Virus record (IMG/VR): IMGVR_UViG_3300009428_000005
Source: an uncultured virus (IMG/VR IMGVR_UViG_3300009428_000005)
Lineage: Duplodnaviria > Heunggongvirae > Uroviricota > Caudoviricetes
DNA: 20,000 bases
Strand: one strand, 5' to 3'
Shown: positions 1 to 7,692 of the stretch, piece after piece
How the letters are laid out: each line of letters begins with the position of its first letter
Position numbering within the stretch: position 1 is the stretch's first letter
Program-made: the position numbers and the translations under genes
The notes under the pieces: model-generated
Seen by the model: the letters and a program-made list of their open reading frames with translations, nothing else
Databases searched by the model: none
Told to the model about the DNA's origin: nothing

Positions 1-2379
1 AATGGACGTACAGGTAATCAAGCTTCTGCTAGTATTACTTACTCTCCACAATTTAATAGTGCAGGAGCAACAGCATTCACATCTTCCAACTCAGCAATAG
101 CAATAACTAATGCTGGATTACTTAGTATTAATGTAAATTTAAGCGGATCAGCAACTTCTTCAGGAGCAACTATAGCTTCTACTATATCTTACCAAGATCA
201 GTATAATAACATAGGGTCAGAGAATATATCTGTTGCAGTTACTACTAATCATGTACCTACTGCATCATTTACTAATCAAACATCGATATACAATACTAAT
301 CAAGCTGTATCTAATGCTAATTTAGTATCAGTAGCTATAACCGATATAGAAAGTGATAGTCCTTATGCGATAACACTGTCAGGAGCTAATGCAGCATCAA
401 TGTCTGCAGTACCAACTAACGGAATATCAAGTTCTTGGGAGATAAGAGCAGTAAATAACTTACCAGCAGCAACTTATACGTATAATGTAACAGTAACTGA
501 TAACTTTAATAAGAGTAATTCATATAATGGTAGATCATTTACTATAGCACAAGCAGATGACGGTACTTTATCTAATAACGGTACCTACTATATAATAGAA
601 TCAGCAACTTCATCATCTAATGTAGTTACTAGTGCTAATGGACGTACAGGAACACAAGGAGCAGTAAGTGTTGCCTACTCTCCTAACTATGCTTCACAGG
701 TTGCTACTAGTTTTAGTTCTAGCAATGCTTTAATCAACGTACATCCTACATCTGGGGTACTTACAGCTGCACAAAATATATCAGGATCATCAAATGTTAG
801 TGGATCAACAATAGCTTCTACTATATCTTGGACAGATCAATACAGTAATACAGATTCTACAGCAATAGCAGTAAACGTAACTAAAAATAACCCACCAGAC
901 ATAGTATTTAGCGATACTACAGCTAATCATAATACTAATGGTGCAAGACCGGGTAATAATTTAACAACTCTATCCTTTACTGATACAGAAGACGACAGTA
1001 TAGACTATACTTCTATAACATTAGCATATGGAGGAGCTAATTTGACAGCAGTAACAGCAGGAACTACTAGAATAATAAGACCAACAGCTAATCTAACAGC
1101 TAATACATATGTTGTTACTGCTAGTATATCGAATAACTTTCATACTAATACAGAACATCATTCAATTGCAGTTACAGGCTCTAATGCAGGTACTTTAGGC
1201 ACAAACGGAACCTTTTATGTAATAGAATCAGCTACAAATTATCAACCTGTAGTAACAAACAGCAATGGACGTACAGGAACAACAGGTAGTTTATCAGTTT
1301 CTTATAATCCACAGTTTAATAGTGCTGCAGTTCAGAACTATACATCATCTAATTCAGCTATATCAATTGGTACTACAGGAGATATAACATTAAACCTTAA
1401 CTTAAGCGGTTCAGCTACTGGTTCTGGAGCAACTATATCGTCTAATATTACTTTTCAAGACCAATACAATACTATTGGATCAGGAAGCATATCAATAGCA
1501 GTAACAGCTAATACAGCACCTACAGTAGTATCATTTACCGACGTACCGTCTAACTTTACAGCTTCTGTATCCGCAGGAACTAACTTAGTTAGTATGAGTA
1601 TTCAAGATACAGAAAGCAATACACCTTTTAGTGCTAGCTTATCTGGTACAGATGCAGCAAAATTAAAGTTTAGTTACAACAATGCAGATTCATCATCAGC
1701 ATTTATACAGGCAGCAAGTACTTTAGGAGCTGAAGTAATAGACTATAACGTAACAGTACATGATTCATTTGGTAAAAATACAAGTTACACAGGTAGGTCA
1801 CTAACTTTGGTAGCAGCACAGCCTAAAACATTTGCATATGGACTCTCATGGGCAGCTAATCCATCATCAGAAGCACAGTTTATAGCAACAGCAGGAGATG
1901 CCGGTGCAGATGAAACAGCAGTAGTATCAGGATCAGTAGTTTCACACTTCCAATCAGGAGGTATAGGTTCTACATTCGGGACTTCTTACGGAGCACCTGC
2001 TACTTTAACATTAATTAGGACAGCATCCTTAACAGATCTATCAGATTCTAGTAATACGGGTACATCTCAATTAGGATACTTTAACTTTAGCGGAGGAGCT
2101 CAGCATGTAATAATTATATTTGCTAGTTCTAGTTTAGTTAAAGGTAAACCGAGAAGTATGTACGATGGAGTTCCTCCTGATAGTACAGGTACAGCAAAAG
2201 AATATTATACTTACGCTAAAAACGCATCAATTCCTGGAACTATGGGATCAGGAGTATATTATTTTGATACAACAGACGCAATAGATGGAGTATCAAGATG
2301 GGGAATGGTTTTTGGAGAAGGAAAAAATACAAATAATTCAAAATATTACCTGATGCCAGATTCAGCATCAGCACCATAA
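1..2379 (+). CDS. Large repetitive virion/adhesin-like protein with tandem cadherin/Ig-like domains (5'-truncated by window edge)
   Basis: Frame 1 is open with no stop from base 1 (NGRTGNQASASITYSPQFNS...) into the 400..2379 ORF, so ATG 400 is internal. A ~210-aa unit repeats: NGRTG at 1, 637 and 1264; cadherin-like linkers NHVPT/NNPPD/NTAPT; 'NGT(Y/F)Y(I/V)IESA' twice; DxExD/N motifs. S/T/A/G/N-rich, with a distinct C-terminal domain. Confidence 0.8.
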   Translation, partial: NGRTGNQASASITYSPQFNSAGATAFTSSNSAIAITNAGLLSINVNLSGSATSSGATIASTISYQDQYNNIGSENISVAVTTNHVPTASFTNQTSIYNTNQAVSNANLVSVAITDIESDSPYAITLSGANAASMSAVPTNGISSSWEIRAVNNLPAATYTYNVTVTDNFNKSNSYNGRSFTIAQADDGTLSNNGTYYIIESATSSSNVVTSANGRTGTQGAVSVAYSPNYASQVATSFSSSNALINVHPTSGVLTAAQNISGSSNVSGSTIASTISWTDQYSNTDSTAIAVNVTKNNPPDIVFSDTTANHNTNGARPGNNLTTLSFTDTEDDSIDYTSITLAYGGANLTAVTAGTTRIIRPTANLTANTYVVTASISNNFHTNTEHHSIAVTGSNAGTLGTNGTFYVIESATNYQPVVTNSNGRTGTTGSLSVSYNPQFNSAAVQNYTSSNSAISIGTTGDITLNLNLSGSATGSGATISSNITFQDQYNTIGSGSISIAVTANTAPTVVSFTDVPSNFTASVSAGTNLVSMSIQDTESNTPFSASLSGTDAAKLKFSYNNADSSSAFIQAASTLGAEVIDYNVTVHDSFGKNTSYTGRSLTLVAAQPKTFAYGLSWAANPSSEAQFIATAGDAGADETAVVSGSVVSHFQSGGIGSTFGTSYGAPATLTLIRTASLTDLSDSSNTGTSQLGYFNFSGGAQHVIIIFASSSLVKGKPRSMYDGVPPDSTGTAKEYYTYAKNASIPGTMGSGVYYFDTTDAIDGVSRWGMVFGEGKNTNNSKYYLMPDSASAP

Positions 2380-2390
2380 TAAGATAAGGC

Positions 2391-3185
2391 ATGGCAACAA
2401 CAGCAGGAGACATATATGTAAGGTCAGGAACCACAGGAGCATTTACAGCCGTAGAGTACGTACAGGGTGGATGGATATCTGTGCCTTCTGCTTCCAATAT
2501 GCTTGCATTAAACGAATCAAGAGTAAAAGACGGTCAAGTAGTGTATGTCCAACACACAAATAAGACATATGTTACTAGTAAGTTTGAAGCATTCAGTACT
2601 CCAGGATATTCAGGGTTTACTAACTCAGCCTCTTTTGACGAATTTTATTTTCCCTCTGCATCTTCAGGAACAGTACCAGCAGGTACAGTATCATCTTCTA
2701 CTCAAATAGCAGGATCAGGATTCTTGACATCAGCATCTGCAGCAGCAGCAGGCTTTGGTTCTGGAGGAGGCGGTGGAGGATCTGGTGATATAACAGCAGT
2801 TTTTGCTGGAGACGGAATGGCCGGAGGTGGATCTAACGGTAACGTAACATTAAACGTTGATGCAGGCAATGGAATAGGAGTATCCGGTGGTGTTAATATA
2901 CAGACTTCATCTAACCATTTTATTAACGGTGTAGTAGATTTAAGTATTTTCCAAACAACAGGATCTTATAAATCTACAACAAACAATATACAAGTAACAG
3001 GTTCTCTAACAATAAATCTAGAGGGAAGTACAAATACTTTTGATGTTCTATCAGGTTCAAAATCCCTATTTAAAATAGATAATGAAGGCACAGTCCAATT
3101 TGTGACTCAATCAGCAATTCCAACAGCTAGAGTTGGAGGAATGTATGTTGATACTTCTGGATCTTTTTTCATTGGAAGTTTATAA
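2391..3185 (+). CDS. Putative phage fibre/structural protein
   Basis: 264-aa ORF with a Gly linker followed by 'GDITAVFAGDGMAGGGSNGNVTLNV', a fibre-type motif echoed in 4908..6401. 'VPAGTVSSSTQI' matches the repeats of the neighbouring fibre genes. Confidence 0.65.
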   Translation: MATTAGDIYVRSGTTGAFTAVEYVQGGWISVPSASNMLALNESRVKDGQVVYVQHTNKTYVTSKFEAFSTPGYSGFTNSASFDEFYFPSASSGTVPAGTVSSSTQIAGSGFLTSASAAAAGFGSGGGGGGSGDITAVFAGDGMAGGGSNGNVTLNVDAGNGIGVSGGVNIQTSSNHFINGVVDLSIFQTTGSYKSTTNNIQVTGSLTINLEGSTNTFDVLSGSKSLFKIDNEGTVQFVTQSAIPTARVGGMYVDTSGSFFIGSL

Positions 3186-3201
3186 TAATGAATAATCTAG
3201 C

Positions 3202-3216
3202 ATATTTATATGAAAG
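3202..3216 (+). promoter_or_regulatory. Conserved upstream motif ATATTTATATGAAAG (putative phage late promoter)
   Basis: Intergenic; one mismatch from the identical 15-mers at 6720 and 7650; lies upstream of a structural gene. Confidence 0.6.
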
Positions 3217-3257
3217 ACTTTAATAACAATAATATAACAACTAAACTCGATTAAATT

Positions 3258-4817
3258 ATGGCAACATGGAAAAAAGTGATCGTATCCGGATCAACTGCCG
3301 AATTAGCTAATGTAAAAGTTACAGGTTTATCATCAGGCGTAGTAACAGGAGCTTCAGGCAACCTTACCACAACTGCTATAAACGGTACTGGAAATATATT
3401 AGGTACTTCAGGAGCAACTGGTGTAAAGTTCAACTCAGGACAATTCACTGGTTCTTTCAAAGGTGACGGAGCAGGAATCACAGGCATTGGCGCAGATACT
3501 GTAGCTAATGCATTAACAGACGGTAATGGTATAAATGACTTTACCTTTAACGGTTCAGGAGCAGTAGCAATATCCGTTGACACAGATGGCTCTACTCTAA
3601 CAGTAGGAGGATCAGGTATAAAAATTGCTGATGACGGTGTTACTAACACACAATTAGCAAATATAACTAGAGGTAGTATAAAAGTAGGTGGTAGCGCAGA
3701 TGCTCCAACAGACTTAGTTGCTAAAGCTTCTGGACAAATTTTAGTAGGAAACGGAACAGATGTTGCTTCAGTAGCAGTTTCAGGAGACGTTACACTAGGA
3801 GCAGATGGAGCAGTTACGATAGCAAATGATGCAGTAACAAATGCTAAATTAGCAAATATAACTAGAGGTAGTATAAAAGTAGGTGGTAACAGTAACGCAC
3901 CAACAGACTTAGATGCTAAAGCTTCTGGACAAATTTTAGTAGGATCCGGAACAGACATAGCATCAGTTGCTATATCAGGTGACGCTACACTAGCTTCAAA
4001 TGGAGTACTTTCTATCGCATCAAGCGTAATAGGAGCAACAGAACTTGATCAAGTATTTACAGACGGTAATGGAGTAGCAGGTACATTTGGTACAACTACT
4101 TCTATCCCAGCATTAACTATTGATGCTCAAGGTCGTATTACTTCAGCTTCTTTACAAGCTATATCAACTTCATTTACAATTGCAGGTGATAGTGGAACAG
4201 CTAATGCCATAGATGGCGGTGAAACACTTACCATTGAAGGAGACAATTCAATTTCTACAGTAGTATCAGCTAATAAAGTAACAATTAGTATAGCTAACGG
4301 AGTAGTATCTGGATCGTCTATTGCTAAAACAGCTCAAGGTACAGCACAGTTAACAACTAACGGAGTAGCTGCATCGGCAGTAGGTTTAGGGACAGCAACA
4401 GGTGATAAACCTCAATTCGCTGGTGTAACTTTAACATCTCCATCACAAGGAACAGATTTAACACTTTCTGGTAACTTAGTAGTAAATGGTGATACAACAA
4501 CTATCAATACTGCTAACTTAAATGTAGAAGATTCATTTATCTTACTTAACTCTGGATCATCTTCAGCAGCTGATGCAGGATTTGTATTCGCATCTGGATC
4601 TAGCGGAAACTCAGGAGCAGCATTCTTCTTTGATTCAACATCAAATAGACTTTCTTATGCTAAGTCAGCAGCATGGAATGCTACAGCATTAACTCCATCA
4701 GCTTATGCTTCTTTAGTTATTGACTCAGGAGCAGGACAAGCCACAGATGATGTTTTAACAGCTAAGAGAGGAAATATACAAGTAGACGGTAGTGATAATA
4801 TTTTCATTTACGTTTAA
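3258..4817 (+). CDS. Putative tail fibre-like protein (WKK-SGS N-terminal family, paralogue 1)
   Basis: 519 aa, G/S/T/A-rich, starts MATWKKVIVSGS. Has an internal 65-aa duplication, the fibre motif 'IPALTIDAQGRITSAS', and a C-terminal domain 'LTLSGNLVVNGDTTT...NIFIYV' homologous to that of 4908..6401. Confidence 0.75.
   Translation: MATWKKVIVSGSTAELANVKVTGLSSGVVTGASGNLTTTAINGTGNILGTSGATGVKFNSGQFTGSFKGDGAGITGIGADTVANALTDGNGINDFTFNGSGAVAISVDTDGSTLTVGGSGIKIADDGVTNTQLANITRGSIKVGGSADAPTDLVAKASGQILVGNGTDVASVAVSGDVTLGADGAVTIANDAVTNAKLANITRGSIKVGGNSNAPTDLDAKASGQILVGSGTDIASVAISGDATLASNGVLSIASSVIGATELDQVFTDGNGVAGTFGTTTSIPALTIDAQGRITSASLQAISTSFTIAGDSGTANAIDGGETLTIEGDNSISTVVSANKVTISIANGVVSGSSIAKTAQGTAQLTTNGVAASAVGLGTATGDKPQFAGVTLTSPSQGTDLTLSGNLVVNGDTTTINTANLNVEDSFILLNSGSSSAADAGFVFASGSSGNSGAAFFFDSTSNRLSYAKSAAWNATALTPSAYASLVIDSGAGQATDDVLTAKRGNIQVDGSDNIFIYV
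3652..3944 (+). repeat. Intragenic 195-bp tandem duplication
   Basis: 42-nt exact match aattagcaaatataactagaggtagtataaaagtaggtggta at 3652 and 3847, followed by near-identical ccaacagacttag(t/a)tgctaaagcttctggacaaattttagtagga in both copies. Confidence 0.9.
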
Positions 4818-4839
4818 TAGGTAACAAGCTAAATTAATC

Positions 4840-4884
4840 GAGAATATAGTATAAGGGGTCTTAACTGGCCCCAAATACTTACTC
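4840..4884 (+). promoter_or_regulatory. Intergenic imperfect stem-loop without U-tract
   Basis: GGGGTC(4855-4860)-TTAACT-GGCCCC(4867-4872), extended by AGTAT/ATACT and GAG/CTC. GC-rich within an AT-rich spacer. Confidence 0.55.
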
Positions 4885-4907
4885 AAATAAAAATTAAAAT
4901 ATAAACC

Positions 4908-6401
4908 ATGGCCTGGAAAAAGATAATAGTAAGCGGCTCCTCTGCAGAATTAGGCGCTTTAACAACCACAGGACACATTACCAGTTCAGCAAACATAAAG
5001 GGAGCTAACTTTATAGGTAATGGTGATTCTTTAACATTTGCATCGAAGACAGTAGTCTCTGGCTCAGGACAAATTGATATCCACAATACTACCGGATATG
5101 TAGCAAATGAAAATATAGACCACTCATCAGTAACAGTAACTGCAGGTACAGGATTAACTGGAGGTGGAACAATAGCAGCAACTAGAACATTAAATGTAGA
5201 ATCAGCCAACAACGGTATTGTTGCAAATGCTGATAATATTGAATTAGCAACTGCATCTTCAACATTTACAGGAGGTGTAACAGCAGTTAACCATGCAGCA
5301 AATATAATTTCTGGTGCAGCACAAATATCAGCATTAGGCTTTCTTGATGGAGCTGGAGACGGAATTATCTCTGGATCTACTCAGGTAGTAGCAAGCTTAC
5401 TTAATCAAGCAACAAACTTCGGTAATAAACCCGTATCAGCTTCTGCTTTTAAAGGAGACGGTTCAGGGTTAACTGGCTTAACTGTTGCTCAAGCAGCTAC
5501 TGTGATAACTGACTTTACAAGTCAAACATCGGTTGCCACTACTCACAACTTCGGTACGAAGAATGTAATGGCTACAGTATACGATAATAACGATGCCCAA
5601 ATCATACCTGCTTCTGTTGTAACCACTAATACTAATGTTGTAACAGTAACTTTTGATTCAAGTACAACTGGTAGAGTAATTATAGGAAAAGGTGGACATG
5701 TAGTATCAGGATCAATTCCTTATGCTAACTTATTAGCCATTCCTGCTAATATTATATCTTCTTCAGCTCAAACTAAGACGTTTTTGCCAGCAGGTGTAGT
5801 ATCATCATCCATCCAACTACCTTCAGGTATTGTATCATCTTCAACTCAACTGCCAAGTGGAATTCTTTCCTCTTCAGCACAAGTTCAAGCAATTGGTACC
5901 TTTGTTTCCTCATCAGTTCTCTCTTCACCTTCACAGGGTGTTATCAGAGTAGTTTCTAACGGAGTAACAACTAATGCTAATACTGGATTACAAGCAGCAG
6001 ACGGACCATCATTCGCTGGTTTAACCTTAACAGGAGCAGCAGCAGGTACAAGTTTAACCTTATCAGGAGATTTAGTAGTAAATGGGGATACAACAACAGT
6101 AAACTCTACTAACTTAATGATCAAAGATAAGTACATATTACTTTCCTCAGGATCAACATCAGCTGGACCAGGTGGTCTTGTAATAGATGAAGGTTCAAGA
6201 AAAGGACATGCATTTGTCTATAATAACTCTTCAGTAAGATTTGGATTTACAAGTTCATTAGCACACAATGCAACATCAGCTACACCAGATGCTTTTGCTT
6301 CAGCAGTAGTAGATGTAGATGCAGGACATACAGATGTCCCTCAATATCAGAAAAATGGAAACATTAAAACCGATAGCGGTGTAATATGGATATATTCATA
6401 A
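4908..6401 (+). CDS. Putative tail fibre-like protein (WKK-SGS N-terminal family, paralogue 2)
   Basis: 497 aa, starts MAWKKIIVSGS. Contains one copy of the 78-aa 'HNFxTxNV...GGHxVSG' module, 11-aa repeats (LPSGIVSSSTQ), and a C-terminal domain homologous to 3258..4817. Confidence 0.75.
   Translation: MAWKKIIVSGSSAELGALTTTGHITSSANIKGANFIGNGDSLTFASKTVVSGSGQIDIHNTTGYVANENIDHSSVTVTAGTGLTGGGTIAATRTLNVESANNGIVANADNIELATASSTFTGGVTAVNHAANIISGAAQISALGFLDGAGDGIISGSTQVVASLLNQATNFGNKPVSASAFKGDGSGLTGLTVAQAATVITDFTSQTSVATTHNFGTKNVMATVYDNNDAQIIPASVVTTNTNVVTVTFDSSTTGRVIIGKGGHVVSGSIPYANLLAIPANIISSSAQTKTFLPAGVVSSSIQLPSGIVSSSTQLPSGILSSSAQVQAIGTFVSSSVLSSPSQGVIRVVSNGVTTNANTGLQAADGPSFAGLTLTGAAAGTSLTLSGDLVVNGDTTTVNSTNLMIKDKYILLSSGSTSAGPGGLVIDEGSRKGHAFVYNNSSVRFGFTSSLAHNATSATPDAFASAVVDVDAGHTDVPQYQKNGNIKTDSGVIWIYS
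5739..5886 (+). repeat. 11-aa tandem repeat (L/I)P(A/S)(G/N)(I/V)xSSSxQ, four copies
   Basis: IPANIISSSAQ...LPAGVVSSSIQ LPSGIVSSSTQ LPSGILSSSAQ in the translation. Confidence 0.85.
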
Positions 6402-6415
6402 AATTTCTTACTAGA

Positions 6416-6661
6416 ATGGGTCTTATAACTAATGGTAAACGAATAGTAAAAGAGAGAACTGCTCCAAAAGGAGCAGAACTCAAATCGGATAATAAGGTTG
6501 TGGCAGAGCAACTAGCTAAAGCTTCGAAAGATATAGGTAAAGATCATCTCACTGCAGATGAAATAGATTTTTGTCTAGTTAAACTCCGAGAAGCTACTTA
6601 TAGCGGTCATGAATTTGAAACTTTTTATAAAGTCTTTGTAAAGTTAACCAAATTAAAATAA
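6416..6661 (+). CDS. Small hypothetical protein (81 aa)
   Basis: ATG 6416 (MGLITNGK...) is in frame with the tracked 6386 ORF and avoids overlap with the upstream gene. Charged, helical-looking sequence, followed immediately by a terminator. Confidence 0.65.
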   Translation: MGLITNGKRIVKERTAPKGAELKSDNKVVAEQLAKASKDIGKDHLTADEIDFCLVKLREATYSGHEFETFYKVFVKLTKLK

Positions 6662-6663
6662 TT

Positions 6664-6686
6664 AAAGGCCTTCGGGCCTTTTTTTT
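6664..6686 (+). terminator. Rho-independent terminator
   Basis: AAAGGCC-TTCG-GGCCTTT with a C(UUCG)G tetraloop and a T-run to 6686, 3 nt after the stop codon. Confidence 0.92.
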
Positions 6687-6694
6687 ATTTAAAG

Positions 6695-6734
6695 TTGTTA
6701 AGTTAAAGATATTTTCGTAATATTTATATTAAAG
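6695..6734 (+). promoter_or_regulatory. Overlapping sigma70-like promoter (TTGTTA-N17-TAATAT) and ATATTTATATTAAAG motif
   Basis: TTGT-N14-TTTCGTA is also found at 10675. The 15-mer at 6720-6734 is identical to 7650-7664. Lies just downstream of a terminator, where a new promoter is needed. Confidence 0.6.
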
Positions 6735-6735
6735 C

Positions 6736-6787
6736 TATTATCGGCCTCGTAAGAGGAAGTGGGCTCATTGAGTAACCAACCATAATA
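6736..6787 (+). ncRNA. Candidate structured 5'-leader RNA (three-way junction)
   Basis: P1 TATTAT-c-GG / CC-ATAATA; P2 CCTC-GTAA-GAGG (GNRA loop); P3 TGG-GCTC-ATT-GAGT-aa-CCA. A GC-rich island between the promoter motif and ATG 6797. Folded by eye. Confidence 0.5.
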
Positions 6788-6796
6788 ATAAGTAAA

Positions 6797-7585
6797 ATGC
6801 CTAATTGGAAAAAATTAATTACTAGCGGCTCTGCAGCCACTCTAAGTAATCTTAATGTCACTAATGCCGTAACTGCATCTGCCTACTTAGGAGATGGATC
6901 AGCATTAACAGGTATAACCGTAGCTCAGACTGCTACATTATCACAGACATTTTCAAACCAAACATCAGTAGCAGTAGACCATAACTTCAATACAAGGAAT
7001 GTTATTATACAAACCTTCGATGATAACAATGCACAGGTAATCCCTGCATCTGTTACATTAACTTCTGTTACTAGAGCAACCATAACATTCGACTCTTCTA
7101 CATCGGGTAGAGTAGTAGTGGCAAAGGGAGGACATATAGTATCTGGTGTAAACGTAGCTCAAACTGCTACAATAACGGATACTTTCTCAAGCCAAACATC
7201 AGTAGCAACGTCTCATAATTTTGATACTAAAAATGTACTAGTTACCGTTTATGATTCTAATGATGCACAAATTATACCTGCATCAGTAACTACGACAGAT
7301 ACTAATATAGTAACTACAACATACGATTCAAGTACATCAGGTAGAGTAGTAGTGGCAAAAGGCGGTCATATAGTATCCGGTTCAACACCAACATACAGAC
7401 AAAGTATTACAGGTGCTTCCTCTTATGCAGTCACACATAGCTTATCAGAAGATTATCCTATAGTTCAAGTATATAGTAGTAGTAGAGCACAAGTTATACC
7501 GTCAGAAATAACAACAACATCAGCAAATGCATTAGATATTACTTTTACTTCTACGTTTAGCGGTACTGTTGTAGTAAAAAAGTGA
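6797..7585 (+). CDS. Putative fibre/structural protein (WKK-SGS N-terminal family, paralogue 3) with tandem beta-rich modules
   Basis: 262 aa, starts MPNWKKLITSGS. Two 78-aa repeats (234-nt period; ggtagagtagtagtggcaaa at 7106 and 7340) plus a diverged third copy 'VTHSLSEDYPIVQVY...FSGTVVV'. Confidence 0.75.
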   Translation: MPNWKKLITSGSAATLSNLNVTNAVTASAYLGDGSALTGITVAQTATLSQTFSNQTSVAVDHNFNTRNVIIQTFDDNNAQVIPASVTLTSVTRATITFDSSTSGRVVVAKGGHIVSGVNVAQTATITDTFSSQTSVATSHNFDTKNVLVTVYDSNDAQIIPASVTTTDTNIVTTTYDSSTSGRVVVAKGGHIVSGSTPTYRQSITGASSYAVTHSLSEDYPIVQVYSSSRAQVIPSEITTTSANALDITFTSTFSGTVVVKK

Positions 7586-7649
7586 TAGTTATAGAAGAAA
7601 AAATAGGTAAAAATTAATAAATAAAAATAGTGTTATCTGAAAATATTAC

Positions 7650-7664
7650 ATATTTATATTAAAG
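7650..7664 (+). promoter_or_regulatory. Conserved upstream motif ATATTTATATTAAAG (putative phage late promoter)
   Basis: Identical to 6720-6734; 28 nt upstream of ATG 7693. Confidence 0.6.
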
Positions 7665-7692
7665 ATAACTCTGACCAAAAACAATATTAAAA

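Noticed and set aside
400..402. ATG 400 as start of the first gene
   Set aside because: The frame is open from base 1 and the upstream translation continues the same repeat.
6736..6787. Leader structure as a tRNA, hammerhead ribozyme or terminator
   Set aside because: Too short and lacks T/D-loop motifs for a tRNA; lacks the CUGANGA/GAAA hammerhead core; no U-tract.
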